64,000 nucleotides of DNA from Diadema antillarum (Eukaryota), in NCBI RefSeq assembly GCF_040938485.1, contig NW_027270907.1:2356001-2420000 (forward strand). Reading direction: 5' to 3'. Below are positions 11,277 to 25,426 of this stretch, in pieces. The position numbers and the translations under genes were made by a program. How positions within the stretch are numbered: position 1 is the stretch's first letter; each line of letters opens with the position of its first letter. The notes beneath the pieces are model-generated. The model ran no database searches, was not told where the DNA came from, and saw nothing but the letters and a program-made list of their open reading frames with translations.

Positions 11277-14051
11277 ATGAACCTCTTGATGAGGAAGGGA
11301 TATCGTTTCCTCTCCAGTTATTTTTGTATCAGTCATAGAAAGTTTATATGTATTGAAGGTGCAGACAAAATTTGATCCTCAGAAATCAGTGCCTCAGGTG
11401 TGTCCATGAGGACGTATATGCGCTCTTTACTGATCGACTCGAAATTAGGCCCTCCTCTAAATTTGGCATTCTATCCGGGCATTCTATGTTTATATTCATT
11501 ATTTTTAGACAATCGAAGATTAGAATTATACCTGAATGTATGAAAATTTAATGTTAATAGTCATTGTTTTGGGACAGTCGGTGATCAGAGTTACGCCTTG
11601 GTGTCAGAAAACAGCAATCTGTACTAATTGCATGTCTTATAGTCAATATATTCCTGAATTCTTAGCCATTTGAAATGTATATTACTTTCGTACAGATTTT
11701 GTATTGCTTTCTTTTCTTGTGTGTTGTGGCTTCATAAAGCATATTTAGCATACATGTATTACCGTTTCCATCATGGTCATGTAGGCCTACTGATTTGCAC
11801 CATTTAAGATTTGTCGGGCTTTCCCAATTCTAGCACGTTGAACATGTCTTTTGGAGTCTCCCCCCTCCCCCTCCAAACAAACAAACAAACAAACAAACAA
11901 ACAACAACAACAACAACAACAAACAGAATGTAGGCCCATGTCTCTCTCCCCTACTCCCACCCCTTAAAAAATGATATTACACTATAACGCACTACAGCAG
12001 AACAAGAAGATCACTGGAGATTATTATAGATCGACTGTCAGGTACTGATTTGTTACATGTTGCAGGGAGGTCTTTTCCACCTCCGTGCATGTTGATAGCA
12101 CGACTGGCCGTTTTAAGATAGTCCAGACCTGTTTACTTCTGAACTGTTTACTTAGGACTTCTGTATTTATTTCCTGACTCGCTCTTCAGTCCGTATCCAG
12201 GAACATTATGTCACAGTACGTCCTCCAATACATATAAAAGGACATTGATTCCCTGTCTGCAAATACAAGAATAATGGTACGGTCTTTATTCACACAACAA
12301 ACACGCTCTTCTTCACATTCGATAACACTGATAATTACGTAACCACCAAGGCAGTTATGTCGATGTCTCAGAAGTGGGTAGATGACTGCTACTGCAGTAA
12401 AAAGTTGTAAACGTGAAAGCAAGAGATTATTGAGCAGAGAGCAGAAGGTTGAGGTGTGAGTTTTCTTCAATTTGTCTCCCTTTACAAATTAAATTTGTAA
12501 GATCGCAACTGCTGACCTATAATTTAACAAACATGTCCCAAGATCCTTTTCGAGCAAACTTTTATGAACCTGTTTTCTATGGCTAGTAGCCATTATCTTT
12601 ATGTAGGAGCTTTAATGCTTACTTCCTTTGATACAGAGTGTGAGTAACGTTTCCAGCCCACCACTGACAAACCTTGAACCTTAAAGACGTTTTATGACAT
12701 AGGCCCTATCACATGTCGACGTCTGCCATCCTAATTGTCTGCCATTTCAAGACGATGAAGGATTTGGGGAGCGTTTTATAATATCTTTCGACAGAGCGGT
12801 TATCGCCTGTTTTGGTCTGGTAGTATTAAGAATTAAAGGGATTTACAAGTTTTGCAATAATCTAAATGTACAATCATTGTAAACTTCCTCCTTGCTGTGT
12901 AAGGAGCACACCACTCGTAAAATACACTAAGTTGACATCAAATTCGGTCATGAGAAGCATACAATGGTGACATTTACTTATAAAACATGCGCCATCTTTG
13001 TTCGTAATTGTGCAGAAATGAGAATGTTAACGACTGGCAAACTACCAGTAGACCTATTCACCACTATTCATACAGATATAGAAATGGACCTCACTGCGTA
13101 CATCTGATATACTGCTTTGGACCTTTCATTCAAACCGAGGACATCCTCGAATTAGAACGGACGATATTGATCTCAGTCCATGTAGACTCGGTAAATATCC
13201 CAAATGTTTACATCGCTACTTTGGTATTCAGAGGTCCTCATTCCTAAAACATGATGAACCTAGATATATGGCCTACATTGGACTTGATACTGATCTGTCT
13301 GAAGTTCACAGATAGCACCATGTATCAAAAATCAGATGACGCTATCCGTAGGAATAACGTGCTTACTTTATACATACACGGTATCACAAATGTGAACACG
13401 GAACACAGAGGGGGAATATGGCAGCCAAAATTGGTATAACTTGGAATCTTAAGACTGAGGATTATGCCGACATTGAAATCAATATCGAAACTCAACATTA
13501 CTTTGATCTGGCTGACCCCACAAGCACATCATTAACAGGTCTTTGTCACGTTTATGTGTATAATGATGACATTTGCTTTTTAGAACAAGTACAACAGTAA
13601 TGGATCGGCAAGTAAATACACAATTGTAAAAAATATCCGTATGAATTTATGAGCTTTTACATTTTCCAAGAGAGTGATGATATTGCGTGCATAATGCTGG
13701 CATTCTGCGATTTATTTGCAAATAATGAAACATGATAATCAAGTCCAGTTACATAAATTGGTACACACACTGTAACACGCTGTGCAGTCTTACCCGAAGA
13801 GTTTATATGCCAGTATTGTAGGTCCTACCTTTGGTGTTACATTTGATGAGGTGCTATGTGCGCCACAGGTTTGTGTACGTGTAACGTATTTACAAAATGT
13901 GTGTCTGGTTGCATATCCTCGAAGCGTGTTTTGGGAAGTCGAGCGTACCCCCTTCCCCATTTTTTTTAAATTGTTTTTTGTTCAATCCTGTAACAGATGA
14001 AACAAATACATGTATGAGATACATACATGAGTTCGACCTGTAAATTACTCA

Positions 14052-14375
14052 CACTGATGAAACCTCCAAATTACCTCGCTCTGTGTAGAAAGTTGTGCCA
14101 TAGAAAATGTAACATAAATTAAATCTTGTATCAGACAATCAAAATGAATATTGAATAATAATGACATTTTGATGTGTTCATATCGCACTGATGAAACTTC
14201 TGAAATTACTTCGCTATGTATAGTAAGTTGTTCATGTACCACAGGAAATTTCACATAAATGAAATCTTGCAATGGACAAAGCAAATACATTATTATGGAA
14301 TGAAATGACATTTTGATGGGTTACCTCCGAAATTACCTCGCTCTTCATGTAGTGAGTTGTACCTTAGAAAATCTT
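14052..14375. repeat. Diverged tandem repeat, period about 134 bp, about 2.5 copies
   Basis: cactgatgaaac..aaattac(c/t)tcgct recurs at 14052 and 14186, and partially near 14322. The copies also share atgacattttgatg. Confidence 0.6.
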
Positions 14376-17300
14376 GTTGTATCAGTGTAAATTTTTGTAG
14401 TGTATACCGGGGCTTACTCAAAATTTTTATGATGTTCATATTTTTGTACAGGAAGCACTAGGAAAGTTGCGAGTTCATGACATTATTACCTCAGTTATTT
14501 TTGAGATGTGGTTGTGACCAAATATGAGAAAAAAACAAACAAACTTTAAATCCCCATAAATATCCTGTCAGATCATGCTGAAATTACCACCATTTGGTGC
14601 ACCTGATTTTTACCATGTCTATATCAACTTGAAAATGGTGTGAAATTGTACTTTAATGCAGAAGACAAATTCAACACTGGAGAACATCTTTTGCATGTAA
14701 ATCAAATGAAGGTGTCTGTTGAGTGTCTTCTGTTGAATATGTATCCACTGTTGATTTTACTCAAGAAAGGTACATGTACATGTATTTTGTTTCTGCTTTT
14801 CATTATGGCCCTGTAGAAGAATAAGACATCTCAAATCATCATACCGCACACCATGATAGCACTCCCTCCAATCACTTCCTCTTCAAAATAATGCAAGTCC
14901 ATATTCCATTTCATACACTGTCACTGATACATAACACAAATCACTGTACACTGTGTATCCCAATGCATTTGGAAACGACTGATATGTGTATTTCTGTATC
15001 TCTCATAATACGGTTTGTCAGCATTTTTTTTTTCTTTCCAGTGGGAAAATGGAAACATCATTAAGTATGACATAAATATTACAAAGAGTGGTCTTGCCTT
15101 CATGTGGAAACACATGACATGGCTGTAACAATATTTTACATCATTTAGAGGACTTAAATGAAACATTATACAACTCCACTATCAGGTAAATGGACAAAAA
15201 CATGCCCAAGAAAAAAGGTTATTTCACTGGTCAAGACATCATAGTAAGGGATCATATCTCACTGAATACAACTGACACATTGTCAGACCATTATTTTCCT
15301 TCAGTACCTTACCATCAAACTGAGGCATGGACGCTCATGCAATTTTGCATGCTGTGAATTGGACTTGCACTGTGCAACACCCGTATGAACTACAAAAGAA
15401 TCTTATTCTGTTCATCCACATCCACATCCACATGAAATAAACTTTATCACAGATTACATTATAACTTCTGACAGTACACTTAGTCACTATACTCGTGTTT
15501 CAATGTTACCTTTGCAAACCATATGCTGAGTAATTTTCTGTATTATTGCAATCAACGCCTAGCTGATGCAATGTAGACTTCTACTTACTTAAAAGGTTCA
15601 AAACTGTCATTTCCCTTGTAGTGCTTCATAAAAAGTGAGCTCATTGATTTGCATTGTACAAGCTCACAAGACACATTGATAGATGACGAGGTCTGCATAG
15701 CTTACCAGTTGAATAGGTAGCCTAAAAAGAAAGAGTAAAATTTTATAAGCACAAGAGTGCAAATTTGATCAAAATCAGATAAAAATCAGGGAAGTTATGA
15801 AATGATATTATTTTTTTTTTTCAAAACAGTTGATACGAATATGGATTCCTCAAAAAATATCGGATATCTGTAAGTTTCATAAATTATTTCTTGCTCATTT
15901 TACTATTAATCAACACATGCTTGATACCATCAGAATGATAATTTAATTCTCTTTAAAAGGATACCTTACAATTCATGACTATGCCATTGAGGAAAGGGCA
16001 AAATTTTAAAATATGGGGATAAGATCTAAATTGAAAAGTTGGAAACTGAACACCAGCAGTCATGATGAGTCAATAAAGAACATCTTTTGTATGGTGTTAT
16101 GGCTCTTGTTCTAAGCTGGTTAGCCTAAAACGTCAATCTCAATAGACTTCTGTATTTAACAATCAAACTCATATTGGTGCCATGTCGGGTAATCATGATA
16201 GCTCATTTTGTATTTGGCTGCTCTTCATGCCACATGTAAGCAATATTCAAGAGAAGACTCTGTTGTGTGAATGTGGTGAAGGTTTTTGTGAGATTCAGTG
16301 GTTTGAGTCCTGTTTTTCAATGTCCATACATGTTTGTCTGCTCCTGCACACATTTGTTAGAATCAATGTTAATGTTGATGTTAGAATGCATAACAACCAA
16401 TAAGACAATGGGAAACTTACTCATCAACAAGGAAAACAATCGGGTGACTTACCAAACTTGGGTCATGTGCAGTTTTTCAATTTTGAACTTACTCCACATT
16501 TCAAAGCACTGCACCTCCATGTAAGCCATGAATATAACAAGTAGGGTATCATTTTACACAAAATTGAGCTATCTGTCCCTGGTTACCAAGCATGTGTCAA
16601 TTTTTCCTAAGATAAAGAGAACAATAATTGACTGAACTCAGACTTTCACTTTATTTTGTTTTCAGGAGTTTACAAGTGAGTGCATTTTTGCTGTTATCAC
16701 TTCACAATCTTCAAATGATCATGTACAAAACACTGTCAAAAATTATTGTTATTATTATTATTTTTTTTGCTGTAAAAGTGTCAAACATTAATGCTATTTA
16801 TGGATGAATACCTTCAAATAGTGATCACTCTGATATACAGTGTATACGGATTTGAGACTGGGGCAAAATCGCAAATTAAAAAAAAAAAATCAAGATTTTG
16901 TGTACAAACTGTAGTTGTGAGAAAATGACACAATGTGACTGTTCATGAAATGTTTTGCACATACAAGCCTGTATTAACTAACCTTCCTAACTTCATAAGT
17001 TCCTTAATTTATGTGATTTTGATTAAATTTTTGCTTTTGTGCTAATACAATTTACTCTTTCGTATCACACAAACTTTTTCTGGTTCAGAATTCACATTTT
17101 CCTACTTTCATCAGACACTTAAGATTTCTTAAGTCAACTGTTCCTATAAAATATAATTATCTACTTGGGGTATCTCTTCTGGCAAATTTATGTGCCTAAA
17201 CTTGTCATATATTTTTTTATTGGCTTTGACATTGAAAAAGAAATCAGTTTAAACTCTGCCATTCTATAAAAAAAGACACATAGGGGGATTATCAATTAAT

Positions 17301-17902
17301 TAGAACACTCTGCACACACATAATCCTGCATGAATCCAGTAAATATGTTCCTCAATCATATGTCAGCAACGACCTTATGAAACTGACGTGCAGCATGCTG
17401 TCCACACGCTGTTCTCACATTAAAAGTTTACTCAACTCCCAACTCTGCATAGCATAGTACAAGCATTAACAACCAGGTGGGTAAATATCAATTTATGTCA
17501 TCCCATTCCACAATTTCTCATTCCTTTTTCCATCTGTGAATTATGATGACAAGAGATTTGCTTTATCGAAATTTGCATGTTCAACTCAGGACGGAAGGAA
17601 GACCTCAGAGCAAAATGAATGCACTACCATGCACTTTCTGTCCTGAATAAATACAAATACATAGCTTGGTAGAATGAGGTGGTCTGTGAGTGACCTTTGA
17701 CCTTGCTTCAGCAAAACTTTTCATCTTCCCACGGTCAGACTTCCTGATGTTTGCTGCAGTGTGCAAAAGATGCACTGACAAAAGAAAGGGACGGTAATCA
17801 AAGCTGACCCCTGACTGCAGCAGGGCATCGTAAAAGTTCAACGGCCCAAGGCACGATATGACTGATGAGCATGCTGTCCATTACTTCCTCTGGCCATTGT
17901 TT

Positions 17903-20900
17903 TCACTCCTTCTTGACCTGGTCATCTCCTGGTCTGGAGGACAAAGGCACAAGAATACTGTCCATGCTTCCCGACAGGCTCTCACTGCATGTCACTTCCA
18001 AGCTGCCATCCCTGCAGTATAAGCAGCAAATGACAACAGTTACACAGGTAACAAGCAAACAGGTACGGGCAACTCCTGTTATAACAAAGCCCCCAGGGCA
18101 GTTTTCTTTTATAATACCCAAATTTTGTGATATCCAAAGGGAATGTTGCACCATACACTTTAATGATAGTGATTTTGAGGCCTAAATTTTTGCTTTGCAG
18201 TAATGAAATCTTCTTTTAACTGTGTTTGTTATAACAGGAGCGCCCTGTACTGAAACATTAGTAAAGCAAAGTGCATCATGTAAAAATGGGATGGTAATAA
18301 CACACTGTGTATAAATCTGCATTTATTGCATGCTTGATTGAGAGCTTTCTAAAAACAGGATTGCTCATCAGCAATTGACATCACCAGACCAACTGCTAAG
18401 CCTCTGCATAATACAAAGTACCGGTATATGCACACCATCTGTACCTGCTTACTATACGTTTTCCCTTGTATCATGTGTGGACAGCTAGTCAAATATAGAC
18501 AGCCAACCTCACCTTAGTCGACCTTGCACAAGGCACAAACTTGGCTATATAGGTCAAGGAAAAATTCTGCCCTGGATGGAAATAAAAATGTGTTCATTCT
18601 ATTGTGTAGGTAAAAAGAAGAAGAAAAAAAAAATCCACTTGAGTCATAGCATTTTCTTTGATCCCTTTGAATTTGACTAATGCAAGGTTGACTGTATTTG
18701 GACATCAACGGACACAAACCCTATCCCTATGTCTTGAAGGAACTACAGCATAGATAAAATGTATCACTTCAGAGGGATTTCAAGAGCTCTGCCAAAGCAT
18801 TGAGATGACTTGATAAGAAAGCTAATTATACATGACTTGTTAAAAGAGTGGTTCATTCACCTTTTCAGATGGACATCTAGGGTGACTTTACCCTCCTGTG
18901 GCTCCTCTGTGGCTAAGTCTCTGAGAACAATCTGCAAAAAGAGAAGCAAGATAAGAGATGAATTAGATGTGGTAAGATGCTAACACAAAGGCAATTTGAT
19001 ATATCAATTTAGAGGGTGCACTGCACATCTCCAATTCACATTTTTTTTAAAAATCGATACACTGAAATCAGGTATGACAGGTGTTTCTGGGGTCATACCT
19101 GTCCTAGACTGGTGGTGGCAGCTGGTGCACACCCTGGCTCTCCTTCCACAAGCTGTAGGCAGAGGGAATCCTGCTCCTTGGGAATGGTGAAGTAATGCTG
19201 CTGTCGCAACGGGATGTAGCTCAGCTTTGGCACGATGGTATGCAGAGATGGGGACCCACTTTCATCTACAACCTGCCATAAAACATGTTACAAGTTGTTC
19301 AATGACAAACAGTAGCTAGCAGATTATATGAATACTACACTGGTTCACTATTCTTCTACAGTTGCATGTTCAAAAATAAACAAGACAAAAAATAGCAACA
19401 AAATGAAAATTTAAATTGTGATCATTGCATACAAAACAAAGAACTTAGTTCAATGTAGGCCCTACTTATCCATACCTGCACAACTATTCACTAAATAAAT
19501 CGCTTACTAGCCTTCTAGCCAAGATCATGACTTGTGTGGAAAGCAATGAGTGCATTCTTTGGTGTGAAGGAACAAAAACAAGGATGTCAAACTAGTAAAC
19601 AGCAATGGAGTACTATGAGGACTGAAAAGGTGTATTTTGTATGTGTGTGTAAAAACAGTATTTTTATACCCTCTCCTGTGTAGTAATACACTTTGGGAAA
19701 AACAGTATTTTTCGCGAAACCTGTAGTATATTTAGCTAAAAAAAACCAACAACACATACGCAAACAAAACATTGCTTTTCAATACAGCAAAATGTAACAG
19801 TTAGCAACTTTATAAAAAACCTAAAGCCCCCGTTCCACTTTCACAATCTGGATCCCGATCTGTCCCGATCTAGCAGATCGGGAGAGAGCGGCAAAAGCGT
19901 ACGGGGATCGGAAGCATCGTAGCAGCGGCGTGTGGAGGTCGGGGTTAAAGCGGGCATTTTTTCAGATCGGGAAGAAATTTTGAACCGGTTCAAAATTTCT
20001 TCCCGATCTTCCCGATCAAAATTGACATATTTTTAATCGTACGGCAAGCGGGGAGAGCGTAGTGACAGCGTAAACGTAGCGGGGAGAGCGTAGTGACGGC
20101 GTAAACGCAGCGGGATGAGCGTAACAAGGTCTTTCTGAGCGTAATAACATCGGCACAAGAACGGGAAGTAATTTTAGCTGTAATTTTCGAAGAAGAAGAA
20201 GAAGAGATGAAGAAAAAGAAGAGAAGAAAGCAGCGAAGCAGCTACCCAAAAGGCGAAGAAAGAGAGACTGCACGTGATGCTGAAAGAGGAGGAAGAGGAC
20301 ATAGCAGAATTTTGAAGAATATGGAATCATCTACAACTGGAGGAAGACGGACTATAAAAGCAAGGACATCAAGAAAAAGCCTTGGAAAAATCAGCACGTC
20401 TTTGTTTATACAATGCATTGCTGCAAAAGAACTGTGAGTTGAGGAGCCTCTTCGAGGTCCATAGTATATTTCTTCAGTTCTGCATGCTAATAAGTTGACT
20501 GACTGCAGACCGACAGTCGAATCGGGGTACATCGGGGCACATCGGGCACTTTTCAGCTCTCTGAACGGAGTAACAGCGTGATAAGATCGTATAGATCGTT
20601 CAGAGCGTAGATACAGCGTGCATCGATCGGATAACATCGGCAACATCGCACTAACAGCGTAGCTACATTGTTCTAAAGCATACCGGCAGCGGCAGAGATC
20701 GTAATGTCTCATTCCCGATCATCGTAGTAAGAGCGTAGCAAGCACTTGGTAGTCGTAACTGCAGCGTACTTAGAGCGTTCTAACATCGTACTGTGTCCAG
20801 ATCGGCTCAGGTTTTACCCGATCCTTCCCGACCTGAGAAAATTGTCAAATCGTACCGAGAACGGCATAGTGGAACGGGGGCTTAACCGTAAAGCTTACCT

Positions 20901-23900
20901 TGACATAAATGGACTTGCTAGTAGATGGTGTCTGTATCTCATTACTGCTGCAAGAAACACTGTCGTCTCTGCTCATTAAAAGGGCAGCCTAGAGGAGATG
21001 AAAGAACAGTTTGTGAGATAAAGTTCAAACACTATCTTTGCATAAATCCAGATAAGACTTTGATGAACATGAATGTGGTAATGACAAAAGTGACTGAGAA
21101 TTATAATGCTATAAAACCAGAAGTTTTTGTGAATAACAGCCGACAACTTTTTTTGCTCAATGAATTTTGCACAAATTGCCACTTGCGTTCAATGCCTGAA
21201 GTGTAGACAAGAACTTTCATGTATATTTCAATTTTGCGAATCTTGGCTCCACGCGAAATTTGCAAAACTTTCGTGCAGACAAACATTTCTGGTTTTGCAG
21301 TCATGTAGCTCTTGTTTCTTAGTAGCTTTCCACCACACTGTGGCATGTAAACTGCTTTACAGCGTATCATTATACGAGTCCCTGGAATATAAAACCAACA
21401 TTTACTTAGCACTTATTCTACTTGATGGGGAGTATTCCAGCTAGGCATCAGTTTACAGCACACACATAACAGCAAACTACCTTGTCATTCAGTTTTATAT
21501 CAGGTACCCAATTGTACATTTAGGTATAGAGGAACATTGTACATGAAGTGTTGCAGTAAGGCTCAAATCCTCAATGTTTCTGTTGAAGGTCAGTGTGCAT
21601 CCACCAGAACATTACACCTCTACCATGGACCTTTGAAACATTAATCTTGTGGACTGTGACCCATTCCTTAAGATACCAACAGTCCAAAGAATGACCAGTC
21701 AACTATCTTACTAGCAGCATCCTGCTAAGTTCTTCACTTAATATCATGTGATATCATTTGAAGTTCACAAATCTGTAAAGCTCATCCCACCTCCCAATTC
21801 CACGAACTGGTCATGGACATTGACTACCATATAAGAGGTTTGTTCTCTGCAATATACCAATAACTTGATATGATGGAATATGCATCAGGGCCGGCGGAGC
21901 GTTTTCAAAAGTGGGGGGCCCACTTCCGGGTTTCATGAGCTAACAAGCAAAAAAATGTGTACTTTCGGGTTAAAAAAAGTGGGGGGCCCGAAGTGATGAC
22001 ACCTTATGTATTTCTTTGTATGGTGCCCAAAAAGTGGGGGGGGGGGGGGGTGCCCCCCCCCCCCCTTTTGGTTCCGCCAGCCATGTGCATATATTGTATA
22101 CTGTAATCTAATGTATACTGTAATCTAATGAAATTTTATTGTTTTTCACCTTGTTCTTTGCATTTTGATGAGAATTTGGAAATAAATGAAATAAAATGAA
22201 ACTAACTGGTATATAGTCCAGCAATTAGAAAATCAGACTTCAAACCCATTCCAACATCTGTTCAAGCCTTTCTAATTACAGTTACAGTCTAAGATGATTC
22301 CTAAGTGCTAGGATGTAGCACTGTACCTGCACTGCAGCCCCTGTTGCAATGACCTCTTCCGGTGATATTGAGTTGAGCAGCTCAGCGTCAGGAAACATAT
22401 CTCTTAGCTGACTTTGAAGTTTTGGAATGCGAGTTGAGCCTCCTGTAATAATTACCTATCATTGTCAGTAGATAGGCAAAAAACACAAAGTAAAAAAAAA
22501 TTATATATAATTACATGTACACGACATAATACCCCTATCTGATCAATGATATTTAGGATGACACCTTCTGTGATTTCAAGCCTCACTGATTGTCATCATT
22601 CAGAATACCTGCACCTCAATGAAATGCAAGACATAATTAAAAAAAAAAAAGAAGAAGAGAGAATAGTTTTGGCCAGGATTGCAGATATTGTTTTTCATTG
22701 TCATAATAGTGTTCATTACACTTACAGAGACATGTGTAAATGGGAAAAGAGAAGTATGTACAGAAATGTGCAGCTCAAGATACTTCATACCTGCCAAAAG
22801 TCATATTTAGAACAACAAATGCTGTATCATTTGCTGAATGCTTGGGTTTTACACGGCCTAGGGACTTATTGTCTTGTAAACAACTGTGCATAATAACAAT
22901 TTGAATATCATTTCCTCATATACAGTCCTACCATTATTTCCTTGGATTACAGTACTAGTCATCACCCTGTATTAAAGAAGACTCTGCAAATCAAGAAGCT
23001 GCCATATCTGGGAGCTGTATACACTGTGTTCAATGGCAAATGCAGAAATAAAAGCTACACATTTAGATAAATACATGTGATTGCCTTGGAACAACCCTTA
23101 TGTGATTCAGCATTGCCATCTTTACTGAAATGTAATAACTGGAATTCAACTTCCAAGAGATTGCTGATCTAAATAGTTACAGTGTATTATTGTTTGGACC
23201 AAACTAAGGTAAATATGATTGGTCATGTTACCTTGTGTATATCACTTGAAGATAAGCCAGTTTCTTGAAGAGTAGCTAGTATTAAGTGTAGACATCTCTG
23301 GAGAGGTACATTAACCACCGATTCAAATTTAGCCCTGCAAGGAATCATATAGGTACAAAGGTATTTCTGAAAGATTGTTACACATTTACACTTTTCAAAA
23401 ATATTGACTGATGGGTGATTCATGGACCAATTCCTACTGGCAGACTGATGGGCAGATTTGGTGTTTCAGTATACATTGTATAAATCACCCATTACTAAAA
23501 TCTAAGCTCTCTCTTTCAAGGGTTATATAGGAAACAAATATTGACTGCTTTGATGGACATGGTTAAAACTATCTGCCCAGTGGTAACTTCTAAATAGTGC
23601 TATGCCCCAAGAAAGTAACACTGTCAAGAAATAACACTGCAGAGAAATCATCGAGGACAAATAGTTTTAATCGTGACCTGAGAAAAAGCAGTTAATATTT
23701 GTTTCATATACCGCATCCCTCTTAATTTGAGATACTTAGCAAAATAATGCTACGTGAAGGCATTGAAATGAAGTTGTCGTGCTACCAGTTAGAGAAATTA
23801 CACACAGCATCATTTCACAATGGGCAGTTAGATACATGTGTATGATACTTATACGTTTGCAAGATATACTTATGCACATCTTGAAAAACTACTAGCTGAC

Positions 23901-25369
23901 TACTGGGCAGTAAAGCCGAAACTATTTACTGCACCTTGGACCAATCAGAATCGAGGACTCATCAAATGGGGTACATAATAGTCAACATACAATCATATAG
24001 AGGAATTTAGGCACTGAAAGTCTTAATGCAGTTTGATGCTAGTATTCAAGAGGCTCATAAATGACAGTATACAATTTCACACACTTGCTTCATTAATCTG
24101 TGGCCATCACAGAAAAGTACTCACAGATTAACGGTTGGTTATACATCGTGTCACTAAAAATAGCCTGGAGCAGTGCATATGATTCAGAGCATCAGTTTGG
24201 AGGGAACATAATCTTTTCTTGTTGTAAAAATCCCATATACATGGAATGGGAATAAGAGTTTAGTAAAAAATGAATTTCCTGGTGAAAGTACAATCGATGA
24301 TACATACGCTTATTGGGTATCCATCTTACCTAGTTATGTTGCTATGGAAATCAATGCCCTCGTACAGTGAGTCCACTGAGATGTGTGAAGTATTGATGGT
24401 GGAGAGTACATGCTTGCACGTCTCACATGCATTGTACAGCTTCCCCATGGCTCTCTTGTTTTCACTGACATCCATTTTATACTGTCTAGAATTGAATACA
24501 AGGACAAGACAAAAATAGGTCATGGTATATTTGTCACAGCATTTGATGTAGGCAAGGTTAGGTCTGTTGAAAGAAATCATTTCTGCTGGAACTTTACTCT
24601 GATTCTTCTATACATGGGGCAATTTCATTGGACCGACCATGTGGCAATTATGTGTACGTTTTATAAATTTGGGATCATGAAGTACTGGTAGACTACTAGT
24701 AACTCACACCTTCATAGAAAATTTTTTAAAACCAAATTTATATAAATTCAAATTTATCATAAATACCACATTGGTCACTCAGACAAACATATTGGAATCT
24801 TTCTTGTTAAACTAATCAACCCTAAAAAGACGGGGGGGGGGGGGGGGGGGATCATGACCCTCCGGAAATTTTGCTATAATGTCCAGAATGCATAAGATCT
24901 AACCCTGACACATCATGACTTTTTTCTTTAGAGTCTTACACATCTTTTGACACCTAATTTGCATATATACCTGCAGCGGTTATGGTGTTACGTAACATTT
25001 TATGGTCACATGTCCGTCAAAAATGGCATATTTGTATATGTTTATGTGTAAAATTAATGAGGTTTTGCAAGATTCTAATGTGTTACATTTGTTTTTCTTG
25101 CACAGTCTGTTTTTCAGCTATTAAAATCTGATCTGAAGTTGAAATTAATTGTTCTGAGTACAAAAAACATAAAACAATAGAAAACATATAAAATAAAAAA
25201 AATAATTAACATAATAGTCTGGTACATATAACAAGTATAATTGTTAAATTAATTACGTAATTTTTACTCTTAGACAATCAGTTTTCTTACAAATACATGT
25301 TAAACAACTTCCTTTCACATATTTCACAATTAAGGGATCACTAGACGACCATTACTGGCACAAAATAAA

Positions 25370-25426
<57 letters not shown>

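Noticed and set aside
13008-13600. Cluster of short plus-strand ORFs faintly resembling a CUB-domain or pseudogene fragment
   Set aside because: Multiple stops, no consistent splice-frame chain and no diagnostic cysteine pattern, so I cannot support it.
17605-17841. 78-aa minus-strand ORF as an extra HSPA14 exon or small gene
   Set aside because: HSPA14 already terminates at 17903 with a family-typical C-terminus. This ORF has no recognisable motif and is probably 3'UTR.
19825-20882. MADF relic as an ortholog of vertebrate MSANTD7
   Set aside because: It lies within an intact-ended transposon with a fresh TSD, is frameshifted, is antisense to HSPA14 and is in a 3' intron. No Myb/SANT ORF was seen in the 5' introns.
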